A DNA stretch of 55,089 bases, from contig DBDS01000004.1 in assembly GCA_002293685.1 (NCBI GenBank), forward strand, positions 100,479-155,567, written 5' to 3'. Below, one piece after another: positions 10,464 through 21,472 of the stretch. The translations under genes and the position numbers were made by a program. Numbering within the stretch: position 1 is the first letter of the stretch; each line of letters starts with the position of its first letter. The notes beneath the pieces were generated by a model. It saw nothing but the letters and a program-made list of their open reading frames with translations, was not told the DNA's origin and searched no databases. This DNA comes from Patescibacteria group bacterium UBA926 (lineage in GTDB: Bacteria > Patescibacteriota > Doudnabacteria > UBA920).

Positions 10464-10997
10464 ATGCCTTTATACTTCATAACAGGAAACAAAAATAAGC
10501 TGTCTGAAATGCAGGCTATCATTCCCGAAGTTGAGCAGTTAGAAATTGAACTTCCAGAAATCCAAGACATCGATTCTCATGAAATAATTAAGGCTAAACT
10601 TCAAGAAGCCTTAAAGCACCACCCCGGACCATTTATTGTTGAAGATACTTCTCTCACTGTTTCATCTATGAATGGCTTACCTGGACCATTAATTAAATGG
10701 TTTCTGAGCTCTCTGGGAGTTGATGGGATTTGGCAAATGGTTTCTAAGTATGGAAGTACGAAAGCACAAGTAAAGGCATCAATTGGTTACGCAAAAGATA
10801 TAAACTCATTTCAATTTTTTGACGGAATTGTCGAAGGCGAGATTGTATCACCTAGGGGAGATGCCAGATTTGGTTGGGATCCAATCTTTCAACCTGATGG
10901 ATATACTAAAACGTTTGCTGAAATGACACCTGAAGAAAAAAATGCCATCAGTCATCGTAAGTTAGCAGCTATGAAATTAAATGATTTTCTGAAATAA
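10464..10997 (+). CDS. Non-canonical purine NTP pyrophosphatase (HAM1/ITPase family)
   Basis: [32 protein letters not shown]. Confidence 0.93.
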   Translation: MPLYFITGNKNKLSEMQAIIPEVEQLEIELPEIQDIDSHEIIKAKLQEALKHHPGPFIVEDTSLTVSSMNGLPGPLIKWFLSSLGVDGIWQMVSKYGSTKAQVKASIGYAKDINSFQFFDGIVEGEIVSPRGDARFGWDPIFQPDGYTKTFAEMTPEEKNAISHRKLAAMKLNDFLK

Positions 10998-10998
10998 A

Positions 10999-12492
10999 AT
11001 GTTAGACATAAAATTTATTCGTGAAAACGCAGACAAAGTAAAACAAGCGATTGTCGATAAATCAGTTGATTTAGATTTAGATAGATTGCTCGATCTCGAC
11101 GCACAACGTCGCACAGTTTTAGCAGAAGTAGAGTCTTTTCAAGCAACCAAAAATACTTTCTCCAAAGAACTTCCGTCATTATCTGAAGAAGATAAGAAGG
11201 CAAAGATTTTGGAAATGCAAGAATTGGATATTCGTCAGACAGAATTAAAAGATCAGTTGCGTAAATTGGATGCCGAGCTTAATGACTTGATGTTGTTGGT
11301 ACCAAATATTCCTTCACCAGAATCACCAGTTGGCAAAGACGACAGCGAGAACGTTCCTTGGAGTTACTGGTCTGTTGAACAGGGGCATGTAGACCCTAAA
11401 GATGCAGAAAAAGTAGCACTTATTCCGAAAAAGTTTGACTTCGAAGTGAAAGATCATGTCGCTTTAGGAACGAGTTTAAACTTGGTAGATTTTGATCGCG
11501 GCGTGGAAGTTTCAGGCTTCCGTGGTTATTATCTTAAAAACGAAGCCGTGTTGATGCAGAATGCGTTGTTCCATCATGCGATTACCAAGCTCCGCGAAAA
11601 AGGTTTCGAGTTAATGCAAACCCCAACGTTAGTGCGTGAGTTCGCGTTAATTGGAAGCGGACATTTTCCAACAGGCAAAGCAGAAGTTTATCAAGTTGGA
11701 AATGCGGCAAAGATGAACCCCCCTGTATCCCCCCTCGAAGAGGGGGGAGGTAAGGGGGGTGAACAAACTTTCTTGGCGGGAACATCCGAACCTTCTCTAA
11801 TTGCTTATTACGCAAACCAAATTTTAGATGAATCACAACTGCCAATTAAGTTGGTGGGAATTTCACCATGTTATCGCAGCGAAGTTGGTAGTTATGGTAA
11901 AGATGTAAAAGGCTTGTACCGCGTTCATGAATTTATGAAAGTCGAACAAGTTGTCATTTGTAAAGCCGACATTTACGAAAGTGATAAATGGCAAGAGGCG
12001 TTGCGTGAAATTTCTGAAGAGCTCCTTCAAGATTTAAAATTACCTTACCGTGTTCTGAATATTTGTACTGGTGATATGGGCGCCGGTAAATACAAAATGT
12101 ATGATATTGAAACTTGGATGCCAGGACGAAACAATTATGGCGAAACGCATAGTGACTCTAATCTAACCGATTGGCAAGCGCGTCGTTTGAATATTCGTTA
12201 TCGCGCGGCTGATGGCCAAATTAAATTTGCTTACACATTGAATAACACTGCATTTGCGAGTCCGCGAATTCTGATTGCTATTATGGAAAACTATCAGAAA
12301 GCAGATGGAAGTATTGAAGTTCCAGAAATTTTGCAAAGCTACGTTGGAACAAAAGTGATTATGCCAAAGGGTTCGAAGCAGAAAAGTGTTGATGAAGAAT
12401 CAGAACTTGTTGTTAAGTCAGAAAAACCAGTGACAGAAACACCTAAAGAGGAAACTAAAGCAGAAACTCCTGCTCCAGAAGCAAAAATCTGA
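10999..12492 (+). CDS. serS: Seryl-tRNA synthetase
   Basis: MLDIKFIREN, GTSE, GLYRVHEF.KVEQ, TLNNT. Confidence 0.97.
   Translation: MLDIKFIRENADKVKQAIVDKSVDLDLDRLLDLDAQRRTVLAEVESFQATKNTFSKELPSLSEEDKKAKILEMQELDIRQTELKDQLRKLDAELNDLMLLVPNIPSPESPVGKDDSENVPWSYWSVEQGHVDPKDAEKVALIPKKFDFEVKDHVALGTSLNLVDFDRGVEVSGFRGYYLKNEAVLMQNALFHHAITKLREKGFELMQTPTLVREFALIGSGHFPTGKAEVYQVGNAAKMNPPVSPLEEGGGKGGEQTFLAGTSEPSLIAYYANQILDESQLPIKLVGISPCYRSEVGSYGKDVKGLYRVHEFMKVEQVVICKADIYESDKWQEALREISEELLQDLKLPYRVLNICTGDMGAGKYKMYDIETWMPGRNNYGETHSDSNLTDWQARRLNIRYRAADGQIKFAYTLNNTAFASPRILIAIMENYQKADGSIEVPEILQSYVGTKVIMPKGSKQKSVDEESELVVKSEKPVTETPKEETKAETPAPEAKI
11718..11759. repeat. C-run/G-run palindrome inserted in frame in serS
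   Basis: CCCCCCTGTATCCCCCCTCGAAGAGGGGGGAGGTAAGGGGGG, read as PPVSPLEEGGGKGG. Confidence 0.7.
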
Positions 12493-12524
12493 ACCAGAAA
12501 CTAAGCCAGAAGAAAAGAAATAAT

Positions 12525-13784
12525 ATGAAGCAGTTCGTTGCTAAACGTTTGGCGATATTGGCACGACAGCTCATCGCTAAGCACAAACCTAAAATTATCG
12601 GCATTACTGGGAGTGTGGGAAAAACCTCCGCGCGTGATGCAATTTACGCGGTAGTATCTACCGCGTTTTGGGCTAGAAAAGGCCACGAAAACTATAACAA
12701 CGAGTTAGGGTTGCCTTTGGCTATCTTGGGGCAAAAGTCTCCTGGACGCAGCGCTTTTGGATGGGGAATGATTTTAGTTAAAGGTTATTTCAGTTTATGG
12801 TTTGGCTCTTTCCCGAAAGTTTTAGTCTTGGAAATGGGTGTGGATAAACCCGGTGATATGGATTATCTGCTATCAATCGCGAAGCCTGACATTGCTGTAA
12901 TCACTAATATCGGAATTTCACATTACGAATTTTTTGGTTCAACCGAAGCAGTTGCTCATGAAAAAGGAAAATTAGTTACAGCAGTGAGTTCTAGTGGAGC
13001 GGTAATTTTAAATGCTGATAACGAAACAGCTTATGCGCAAAGAACAAAAACTAGTGCTAAAGTAATCGGTTATGGCTTTGGTGATCAAAGTGATGTGCGA
13101 ATGCAAATTGAAACAGAAAAGTTTGTTGTCCCTGCTGAAACCAAATTAATTGTTCATACACCAACTCAAAATTTTGGGGTAACAGTACCTGCAATTGGAT
13201 TACCGCATATTAGTAGTTGCGGTTCCGCTGTGGCTGTTGGTTTGTATTTAGGTCTTTCAATAGAAAATATACAAAAAGGATTACGCTCGTACAAGCCCGT
13301 GCCAGGACGTTTGAATTTAATTAGTGGAATTCGGAAAACTTTAATCATTGATGATAGTTATAATGCATCACCTGATTCTGTCAATGAAGCTTTGCAAATT
13401 GTTAACCGATTACCACACCAACATAAAGTAGTTATCTTAGGCGACATGCTGGAATTGGGTGATTTAAGTGAATCGGCTCATAAGAAAATTGGTACTCAAG
13501 TTGGTGAAATGAAAATCGACAAACTTATTACGGTAGGTTCACTGGGAAAAATAATCGCTGAAGCCGCGAAGTTAGCTGGTATGGATTCGGAGAAAATAGT
13601 TTCATTTAATGATAGTAAGGAAGCCAGTGATCATATTCGAACTGGTTTAGTCCCTGAGAGTGCAATTTTGATTAAAGGCTCACAAGGTGTGCGAATGGAA
13701 AGAATTTCCAAAGAGTTATTAGCTGATCCAATGAGTGCTACTAATTTATTGCCAAGACAATACGGAAGTTGGCTGGAGAAATAA
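12525..13784 (+). CDS. murF: UDP-MurNAc-tripeptide--D-Ala-D-Ala ligase
   Basis: GITGSVGKTS, NNELGLP, DDSYNASP, LGDMLELG, KGSQG. Confidence 0.95.
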   Translation: MKQFVAKRLAILARQLIAKHKPKIIGITGSVGKTSARDAIYAVVSTAFWARKGHENYNNELGLPLAILGQKSPGRSAFGWGMILVKGYFSLWFGSFPKVLVLEMGVDKPGDMDYLLSIAKPDIAVITNIGISHYEFFGSTEAVAHEKGKLVTAVSSSGAVILNADNETAYAQRTKTSAKVIGYGFGDQSDVRMQIETEKFVVPAETKLIVHTPTQNFGVTVPAIGLPHISSCGSAVAVGLYLGLSIENIQKGLRSYKPVPGRLNLISGIRKTLIIDDSYNASPDSVNEALQIVNRLPHQHKVVILGDMLELGDLSESAHKKIGTQVGEMKIDKLITVGSLGKIIAEAAKLAGMDSEKIVSFNDSKEASDHIRTGLVPESAILIKGSQGVRMERISKELLADPMSATNLLPRQYGSWLEK

Positions 13785-14897
13785 ATGTTTTTCAATAAAA
13801 AAAAGGCGAAGCTTGATTCTAAAGTTAGATTTCAGCACAAGCAATTTAAAACCAAATTAGATACTGCAAGGACTTATAAGCGTAGTAGTAAAGCAGTCCC
13901 GGATTCCGGATTCGGTAAATTTATGAGTTCAGTTGGTCTCCGCTCAAGATGGTCACAGGGTTTATTTTTTGTGTTACTTGGGACTTTGTTTTACTTAGCC
14001 TATATTCCGAATTTTTTGTCGGTGCAGAATATTTCAATTTCAGGATTATCTCAGGAGCAAACAGAACAACTCGATGCAGCAATCCGAAAGCAAATTTTAG
14101 ACAGTTCGTTTTTTAACCCCCAGAGGAATTTAGTAGTACTTCAAACTGAAACAATCATTGCCGCAGCAAGGACTATCCCATCAATCGATTACATCGCTTC
14201 AATAGACAAGGATCTTGGTTCACAAACTTTATATGTTAACGCTGCTAGTAAATACGAACGCTTTTTAGTTGCTACACCAGAAAAAGTTTATGACGTTTAT
14301 AATGACGGTTCGCTAACTAGAGAAGCAGGATTGATTAGGATGGATTGGTCGGGGACACTCACACCTTCAATGATTAAGGTTCAGTTGTATCAGGAGTTTG
14401 ATTTTGAAACTCATCGCCAACTCTTCCATCCCGATTTAATGAATTACCTGAACCGATTGTTAGAACAAGTTAATTTAATTGAAGGTCAACAGCTCGCGTA
14501 TTTAACATTTCGTGAACCAGAAGCGCCAGAACCAATTAATCAACCTACTGTCGAACAAATTCCCATAGAGACTGAGGTCGACGAGGAATCAGTGCCGGAA
14601 GGTGAGGAAACCTCACAGGCAGCAGAAAAGGTTGTCATCGAAGCTGAGCCGCTTCCTAAGTTATCTCTACCATACAATAGTAGTGAGGTTCATGTTGTTT
14701 ACTATAAAGATAATGATGTCCGTAGAACTTACAAAGTAATTTTTGATGCAACAGCTGATCCAGTGAAAACTATAGAGGAACTTCGCTTCCTATTAGCTCA
14801 GACAGCACCTGATCGTTACAATCGACTATTTTATATTGATATGCGTATTCCAGACAAAGCTTTTATTTGTTTAGAAAATACAGCTTGTTCAAATTAA
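13785..14897 (+). CDS. FtsQ/DivIB-like bitopic membrane protein
   Basis: Basic N-terminus, single TM, POTRA-like region, C-terminal YIDMR; next to murF. Confidence 0.6.
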   Translation: MFFNKKKAKLDSKVRFQHKQFKTKLDTARTYKRSSKAVPDSGFGKFMSSVGLRSRWSQGLFFVLLGTLFYLAYIPNFLSVQNISISGLSQEQTEQLDAAIRKQILDSSFFNPQRNLVVLQTETIIAAARTIPSIDYIASIDKDLGSQTLYVNAASKYERFLVATPEKVYDVYNDGSLTREAGLIRMDWSGTLTPSMIKVQLYQEFDFETHRQLFHPDLMNYLNRLLEQVNLIEGQQLAYLTFREPEAPEPINQPTVEQIPIETEVDEESVPEGEETSQAAEKVVIEAEPLPKLSLPYNSSEVHVVYYKDNDVRRTYKVIFDATADPVKTIEELRFLLAQTAPDRYNRLFYIDMRIPDKAFICLENTACSN

Positions 14898-14915
14898 GTA
14901 CTTGATAGACTCAAA

Positions 14916-14947
14916 ACCCCGATTTGTGCGGCCGCACAAATCGGGGT
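14916..14947. terminator. Perfect 32-bp palindrome between convergent genes (probable bidirectional terminator)
   Basis: ACCCCGATTTGTGCGG|CCGCACAAATCGGGGT. Confidence 0.6.
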
Positions 14948-14961
14948 AGGTGTCTTATAAA

Positions 14962-16530
14962 TTAATTTACCTGATACTGGGTAACAGCTACCCATGTTCC
15001 GACATAAGGACGAACATCCGCCTCAGCGCGTTCATCAACTTGGATCCAGTTGGTTGGGACCAATGGCTTAGTTCCTCCAAAACCATTTGTCCAGATTAGC
15101 CATACTGTATCACCAGCTTGCGTACTTTCTTCAAAATCTAATACCAGTTCTTCATCAACTAAAATCGCAGTGCCAGCAAAGTGAGGCATGTCTTTAGTCA
15201 GACTACCATTGGTGTAGAGATATGGGCGATTAGTTTGTTTGTACACATGAGTGTTGTAATATTTGTAGTTAAAAAATTCAAAGTTACTACCAACATAAAT
15301 TTTATGCTCAGGTTCAACATTGGCATTTAAATACTTGGCAATAGCTGCCATGCCTGGTCGTTCATTGACATTTATTTCGTTCCAGTAATATCCGATGCTA
15401 AATATGAACGAACCAGTAATGACTAATAGCGCAAGAGTTTTTAGGACAGAGATTTGAATTCTGGCGATCCATAGTCCAAGCATTATCATCAAGAAAGGTG
15501 CCGCAAAAATAAAGTAACGCACCATGTAAACCGAAGAGTCACTTCCTTGAAGTTTGGCCATTATCAAAAACAGGAATGCACCACCAAATGGTGCCAAAAA
15601 TGCACCTAAGGTAAGCCATTTTTCGGTTTGGTGTATTTTTTTCATGAATCCCCAGACAAACCAAACCACAAAAATTGTAGTGAGCGCCATTACAATTTTA
15701 CTTGGCGCACCGACGTTGAAAGTAATTCTATAAAGTGTATCGGGAATACTCCAGATGTTCATAGGTGGAATCCAGTAACCCGCACCAACTTGATTGTATT
15801 GGTAGATGAACCAGTTAAGCCATGGAACATATAACAAAGCCATTCCGACAGCAGACAGAACTAACCAGATGTATCTTTTAATGTTCCATTTAAATGTAAT
15901 CCAAAGATATAAAATTCCATACAAGCCTAACGCGGCGACTGTGAACAATAGATAGTAGTGAGTGTACATCAAAGCTGAGCCAGTTAAAGTAAATCCTAGA
16001 TAGTAAAGGAACAATTTTAATCTGCTCGGTTTTAAACCCGAACCTGTGATGTAGTAATTTTTTGTTGCTTGTAATGCAAGTCCTAATAAATAAGCAGCGA
16101 GAACAGCGAAGAACGCACCCATTGTGTACATTCGAGCTTCAGTTACATACTGAACTTGAAAAGGATTCACAGCGATTAGTGTCGCAGTAATTAACGCAGC
16201 TCTGGTTCCACCTAAAAATCTTTTTACAAAAACGTAACCGATAATTATTGTTCCAACCCCGAAAGCAACCGACATGGCCCGCAAACTAAACAAAGAATGC
16301 CCAAAAACATAGTGCCAAACTCGGAGGAACATATAGTACAGAGGAGGGTGCACATCTAAGCCAATCCGATACAACATTTCACCCCAAGAGTATTTAATTA
16401 ACAAGGCCGAAAACGCTTCATCGTGCCAGAGTGAAATTTTAGTGAGATTGAACAATCGCAAACCGGTACCGCCGGCGATTATGAGTAATAGAATCCAATA
16501 CTTGTTAAGGAAGTTTAAGATACTTTGCAT
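14962..16530 (-). CDS. GT-C (PMT/ArnT-like) membrane glycosyltransferase
   Basis: LW.DEA, DVHPPLYY, EARMY, many TM helices. Confidence 0.88.
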   Translation of the reverse strand: MQSILNFLNKYWILLLIIAGGTGLRLFNLTKISLWHDEAFSALLIKYSWGEMLYRIGLDVHPPLYYMFLRVWHYVFGHSLFSLRAMSVAFGVGTIIIGYVFVKRFLGGTRAALITATLIAVNPFQVQYVTEARMYTMGAFFAVLAAYLLGLALQATKNYYITGSGLKPSRLKLFLYYLGFTLTGSALMYTHYYLLFTVAALGLYGILYLWITFKWNIKRYIWLVLSAVGMALLYVPWLNWFIYQYNQVGAGYWIPPMNIWSIPDTLYRITFNVGAPSKIVMALTTIFVVWFVWGFMKKIHQTEKWLTLGAFLAPFGGAFLFLIMAKLQGSDSSVYMVRYFIFAAPFLMIMLGLWIARIQISVLKTLALLVITGSFIFSIGYYWNEINVNERPGMAAIAKYLNANVEPEHKIYVGSNFEFFNYKYYNTHVYKQTNRPYLYTNGSLTKDMPHFAGTAILVDEELVLDFEESTQAGDTVWLIWTNGFGGTKPLVPTNWIQVDERAEADVRPYVGTWVAVTQYQVN

Positions 16531-16553
16531 CTAATTATTTTTTATTTATCAAC

Positions 16554-18224
16554 TTATTCTTGATAGATGTAGACGGCCATGACAGTTTGGCCAAACTTGT
16601 TTCGCTTTTCGATTTCTAGTCGTGCATTCGGATGATACTCCTTGAATTTGCGGATATCGAATAGGCTCGATTGAGTAAAGACAATTTTATCCCCATTTTT
16701 ATAATTTGGATATTCCCAAGCATTTTCCGGATCAACCTGAGTGTAAGGATTGTTGCGTGGATTGCTAGGATTTGGACCATCAACGAAAGTCATGTAATCT
16801 ACTGTTTGTTTTGAAAATTTATCGAGGATTAGATATGTGTTTTCTTTTTCACCAAACTCATTGAGATATTCGGTAACGACTGTTAAATCTGAGCGGAATG
16901 CGTATGCGTATTCAGGATTGTTGGCAATTTTTATGAAATATAAAATATATGCTTGAGAAGTAAGCGCAGCAACGAAGCTCGCAATTAACAAGGTTTTTAG
17001 GAAGATAATAAATTTTTGTTTCCATGGTGAAAGTAATGGCCAGTATTTATTGGAAATATTATGAGCTTTTTCCACAACCCAATATAAACCGATTGCAGTA
17101 ATGATAAATACCACAGGAATTGTCCCAATTGCCCTGAGTCCGTGAGGTATTCCTTCTGCTGTAGTGATAACAGGCAATAACATAGACCAGAACCAGCCTG
17201 CTAGTGCAAAGTAAGTCCAGTCACGTGGGTGTTTGTGAGGTAAGAACGTGTATCGAATTGCAAACCACATTACCAGAGCCATACCAATCAATAAGAATGG
17301 AGAAATTATTATAGATAGAAAAGGTTCGCCTGAAACATTGTGACGCCAGTTAAGATCTCCATCCCAGAAGTATGCTTTCAGACTAAGACCAGTAACATGC
17401 AGAATTGTTCCAACCAGATCACCTTGGTTCAATTCAGGATTGAAGACTGAAACCTGTCCGCTACGTCCGACGAAAGAACCAGGGTGTGTATAAAAATAAT
17501 GTGCGAGAGGGAAAATAAATATAACAAAAGCCAGCCCTGCCAGCATTGTGGGTGCAAAGTATTTTTTAATTTGCAAAAAGCGTGGTTGCTTGAAAATATC
17601 TACCAGCATTGGCCAAAGTACCATTATGCCGATTGCTGGCGCTAGAATACGGTATGCAATATATGTGTAAAATCCTAGTGCGAAGGCAATTCCTGTTAGA
17701 GCGGCCATCCAATATTGTTTAGCCCTGGAAGTAGCTTGCACTGTTGCAACCATGAAGTAGAGAGTGAGTGCGGCGAAAAACGGAATTAAGTTCGCACGAA
17801 AAGCAGTTCGTGAAAGAACGATGTGCCATGCCGATACAGCAACCATGAACATAGCGAGTAGTGCTATCCATGTTGCTCTGTCTTTATTCCCGTTTTCATC
17901 TGCAAGTAGTACCAAGCGGCGCGTTACAAAGAATGTAATAATTACAGTGAAGATACCTGCAAGACCAGAAACTAAATGATGAGCAAATGGAGTTTTACCA
18001 AAAGCTTCTACGCTAGCCCATTGCATATAAAAGAACAAAGCTTCACGTCCGTTACCACGTTCATAAAACGGTTGAAGATCACCTTGCTGCATGGAAATAA
18101 TATCTAGTCCGTTAGCAGCTTCATCTGGGAAGAGTCCTCCAGGGAGTTGGTTGATTAAAAATAATCTAAAAAATACGGCTAGGAATAAGATTCCAGCAAA
18201 AAGCAGTTTTTGTTTTTTTGTCAT
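16554..18224 (-). CDS. GT-C (PMT/ArnT-like) membrane glycosyltransferase
   Basis: PGGLFPDEA, WHI.LSR, FYTY, many TM helices. Confidence 0.88.
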   Translation of the reverse strand: MTKKQKLLFAGILFLAVFFRLFLINQLPGGLFPDEAANGLDIISMQQGDLQPFYERGNGREALFFYMQWASVEAFGKTPFAHHLVSGLAGIFTVIITFFVTRRLVLLADENGNKDRATWIALLAMFMVAVSAWHIVLSRTAFRANLIPFFAALTLYFMVATVQATSRAKQYWMAALTGIAFALGFYTYIAYRILAPAIGIMVLWPMLVDIFKQPRFLQIKKYFAPTMLAGLAFVIFIFPLAHYFYTHPGSFVGRSGQVSVFNPELNQGDLVGTILHVTGLSLKAYFWDGDLNWRHNVSGEPFLSIIISPFLLIGMALVMWFAIRYTFLPHKHPRDWTYFALAGWFWSMLLPVITTAEGIPHGLRAIGTIPVVFIITAIGLYWVVEKAHNISNKYWPLLSPWKQKFIIFLKTLLIASFVAALTSQAYILYFIKIANNPEYAYAFRSDLTVVTEYLNEFGEKENTYLILDKFSKQTVDYMTFVDGPNPSNPRNNPYTQVDPENAWEYPNYKNGDKIVFTQSSLFDIRKFKEYHPNARLEIEKRNKFGQTVMAVYIYQE

Positions 18225-18283
18225 TGGTTCTTTTAATTGCGATGTTGTTTTATAGAAAATATTGCTATAATATCCTTAGTTTT

Positions 18284-18658
18284 ATGGAAATTAACACTTC
18301 TACTGACAATAATCCTCAAACAGGTCGGCAGCAATTTTTGCGTATTGCCAACTTATTTTGGGTTTCTGCAATCGTTTCATTTATTGTAACATTGATTGTC
18401 ATTCTTATCAAAATAAATGGTTCATCAGAAATCGTTGCACTCCGCTATAATATAATTATCGGAGTTAGTGAAATTGGAAACCGTTATCAGTTACTACAAC
18501 TTCCTTTAGCAGGTTTGTTAGTTGGAGTTGTTAATTTTGCACTAACTAAATTGAATAAATCTAATCAACAAATTTTACCATTACTTGCGAGTACAGTTGC
18601 ATTAGCGGCAAACTTAATCTTGTTGTTCTCAGCATTGTTGCTGTTTCAGGTAAACTAG
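18284..18658 (+). CDS. Small 3-TM membrane protein
   Basis: ATG at 18284 downstream of TGCTATAAT extended -10; hydrophobic helices. Confidence 0.7.
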   Translation: MEINTSTDNNPQTGRQQFLRIANLFWVSAIVSFIVTLIVILIKINGSSEIVALRYNIIIGVSEIGNRYQLLQLPLAGLLVGVVNFALTKLNKSNQQILPLLASTVALAANLILLFSALLLFQVN

Positions 18659-18668
18659 AAATATCATT

Positions 18669-20339
18669 ATGTCAAAACCTGTTTTTCGTAAACGTAGTCG
18701 CAAAGATCGTTATTGGGAAGTTATTCCTGGATTAACATTCTGGACAGTATTCTTTGGCGCTATCACGCTATCTTATTTCAAACCAGTGTGGGCGGCAATT
18801 TTTATTGTCTGTTTTGATTTGTATTGGGTACTGAAAGCGATTAATGTTGCAACTCATCTAATCGCCAGCTATCGACGTTTTCGAATTTACGTTACCTGGG
18901 ACTGGCTTGAGCTGGTTGAACTTCTTCCAGAAAGACAGAAACTAATTGAACTCTTAGAAGGTCGGTTAAAAACTGCTAAGCGCAGATTGGTGCGAAATGT
19001 TTACAATAAACAGATTCAAAAACTTAAACAACCAATCGAAAACGGTATTATCGACAGGCCTTATCGTGATTTTTACCATGTAGTTGTCGTTCCTTTCGTG
19101 GATGAGAGTTATATGGTTTTGAAGTCAACTTTAGAAGCTCTTGCAACCGTGGAATATCCAAAGGATAGGATGATAATTTTACTAGCTAGCGAAGAACGGG
19201 CTGGTGAAGCAGCAGCTAGAACCGCAAAAACAGTGGAAAAAGAATTTGGTGATGTATTTTTCAAGCTAGTTACTACTGTTCACCCAGATGGATTGCCTGG
19301 AGAGATTAAAGGAAAGAGTGCTAACGCAAGTTATGCTGTCTCCTCCTTGTTACCGTACTTAGATGAGTGGGGAATTGATCACGACTTAGTGATGATTTCA
19401 AACTTGGACAGCGACACTATAGTACATCCTCAATACTTCGCACGCGTGATGTATGAATTCTTAACGAATCAAAAACCATATCGTCGCAGTTATCAACCTA
19501 TCGCCATCTATAACAATAACATTTGGGATAGCCCAGCATTCATCCGCGTTGTTTCGGTTTCCAATTCATTTTGGCAGTTTACAGAGAGTAGTCGTCCAAA
19601 TCGTTTGCGTACTTTTTCTTCTCACTCTATGACTTTGAAAGCTTTAAAGGAAGTTGGTTTTTGGAAGAAAGATTTAATCAATGAAGACGGATTTATTTAT
19701 TGGCAATGTTATTTGCATTACGAAGGTGATTACGAAGTTGTGCCGTTGTTTATTCCAATTTCTCTAGACACATGTTTGGCCGATACTTTCTGGCAGACCT
19801 TAATTAACCAATATAAGCAAAAACGACGTTGGGCATACAATGTTGAGTATTATCCACATTTAATTCCCGCTCTACTTAAGAGTAAAGCTCCTTGGCGTGG
19901 TCGTGTGTATCGCTTATTTCAATATGTAGAAGGAAACTTCAACTGGGCAACTGCAAGTTTGTTAATTGCTTTCCTAGGTTGGTTGCCGCTATTTATTGGT
20001 GGACCCGAATTCAAACAAACCGTAATTGCTTACAATTTACCGACAGCGACTCGTACACTGATGACCATCGCAACAGGTTTCTTGATTTTCAGTGTGTATA
20101 TCAATTTAATTTTATTACCTCCTCGTCCTGCAAGATATAGTTGGACTCGCAGTGTGATGATGTATCTACAATGGTTCTTAGTTCCGATTGTATCAGTGGT
20201 ATTCGGTTCGCTTCCTGCAATCGATGCGCAAACACGTTTGATGCTTGGGAAATATCTAGAGTTCTGGGTTACTCCGAAAGCAAGAAAAAGTGAAATTACA
20301 GCTCATTCTATGGATGAGATGAAAGGCGTTCAACGTTAA
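18669..20339 (+). CDS. Membrane-bound family 2 glycosyltransferase
   Basis: GKSAN, DSD, ED, QKRRW motifs flanked by TMs. Confidence 0.88.
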   Translation: MSKPVFRKRSRKDRYWEVIPGLTFWTVFFGAITLSYFKPVWAAIFIVCFDLYWVLKAINVATHLIASYRRFRIYVTWDWLELVELLPERQKLIELLEGRLKTAKRRLVRNVYNKQIQKLKQPIENGIIDRPYRDFYHVVVVPFVDESYMVLKSTLEALATVEYPKDRMIILLASEERAGEAAARTAKTVEKEFGDVFFKLVTTVHPDGLPGEIKGKSANASYAVSSLLPYLDEWGIDHDLVMISNLDSDTIVHPQYFARVMYEFLTNQKPYRRSYQPIAIYNNNIWDSPAFIRVVSVSNSFWQFTESSRPNRLRTFSSHSMTLKALKEVGFWKKDLINEDGFIYWQCYLHYEGDYEVVPLFIPISLDTCLADTFWQTLINQYKQKRRWAYNVEYYPHLIPALLKSKAPWRGRVYRLFQYVEGNFNWATASLLIAFLGWLPLFIGGPEFKQTVIAYNLPTATRTLMTIATGFLIFSVYINLILLPPRPARYSWTRSVMMYLQWFLVPIVSVVFGSLPAIDAQTRLMLGKYLEFWVTPKARKSEITAHSMDEMKGVQR

Positions 20340-21406
20340 TGTGGTATGTAATCTTTTTTCTAATCTCAGGTGGGTTCGCATTGGCGGTTACGCCGTTGGT
20401 GCGTAAGTTTGCGGACCGTTATGGATTTATGGATATTCCACGTCCCCCTCGAAATTTGCACGCGTATCCTGTTGCAAAGCTTGGTGGTTTAGCAATTTTT
20501 TTAGCTGTCGCAGCAGCCATAATGGTTTTCTGGGTTTCTGGAGGAATTAATTTTGATATCGTTCCTCAGAAATTCATTTGGGCGATTTTACTTGGCGGCG
20601 CGATTTTAGTCGGTGGAGGTTTAATAGATGATAAATATGATTTACCTGCGAAGTACCTTTGGATAGCTCCTGTATTGGCAGCACTTGTTGTAGTGCTTAC
20701 AGGAATCGGTGTTGGAATAAAATTTTTATCCAATCCATTCGGTGATCCGATTAGTATGAACTTTTTAATTCTTGGTATTCCAGCATCAGGAATTTTTATT
20801 TTTATGTGGATGCTGGGAATGATGTTTACTACAAAGTTTTTAGATGGCCTCGATGGATTAGTAGCCGGCATCGGTTTAATCGCTGCACTTACGCTTTTTG
20901 CACTATCTTTAACTGAACATGTTAATCAACCAATCACTGCGACACTAGCAATTATTTTAGTCGGTGCGTTAGCCGGGTATTTAATTTACGCTTTTCATCC
21001 TGCCAAGATTTTTTTGGGTGAAGGTGGGAGTTTACTGATCGGATTCTTACTCGGAATTTTATCTGTAATATTAGGCGGGAAAATTGCGACAGCACTTCTA
21101 GTGATGGGGATCCCAATCTTAGATGTCGCTTGGGTGATTGCTCAGAGACTTTGGTATAGAAAGAGTCCGTTCATCGGAGATAGATTGCATTTACATTTTA
21201 AACTTTTAGATTTAGGTTTTTCTCAAAAACAGACAGCACTAATTTTATATGCGATTTCCGCGATGTTTGGATTCACTGCGGTGTTCCTGCAAAGCATGGG
21301 TAAGCTAGTTGCCTTAATTGTTTTATTTGGCTTAATGGCCACTCTTATCCTTGGGGTGATTTATGCTTATCGAAAGAAGCAGAGGATAACTCAATTGACA
21401 ATGTAG
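20339..21406 (+). CDS. MraY/WecA/TagO-family polyprenyl-phosphate HexNAc-1-P transferase
   Basis: GG.AI, DD, DGLDGL, PAKIFLG, HLH. Confidence 0.92.
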   Translation: MWYVIFFLISGGFALAVTPLVRKFADRYGFMDIPRPPRNLHAYPVAKLGGLAIFLAVAAAIMVFWVSGGINFDIVPQKFIWAILLGGAILVGGGLIDDKYDLPAKYLWIAPVLAALVVVLTGIGVGIKFLSNPFGDPISMNFLILGIPASGIFIFMWMLGMMFTTKFLDGLDGLVAGIGLIAALTLFALSLTEHVNQPITATLAIILVGALAGYLIYAFHPAKIFLGEGGSLLIGFLLGILSVILGGKIATALLVMGIPILDVAWVIAQRLWYRKSPFIGDRLHLHFKLLDLGFSQKQTALILYAISAMFGFTAVFLQSMGKLVALIVLFGLMATLILGVIYAYRKKQRITQLTM

Positions 21407-21472
21407 GCCAATTTTTGTTAAGCTTGTGATTGTTGAAATTTAGACTCTATTCTGTAGGAGGAATGAAATATA

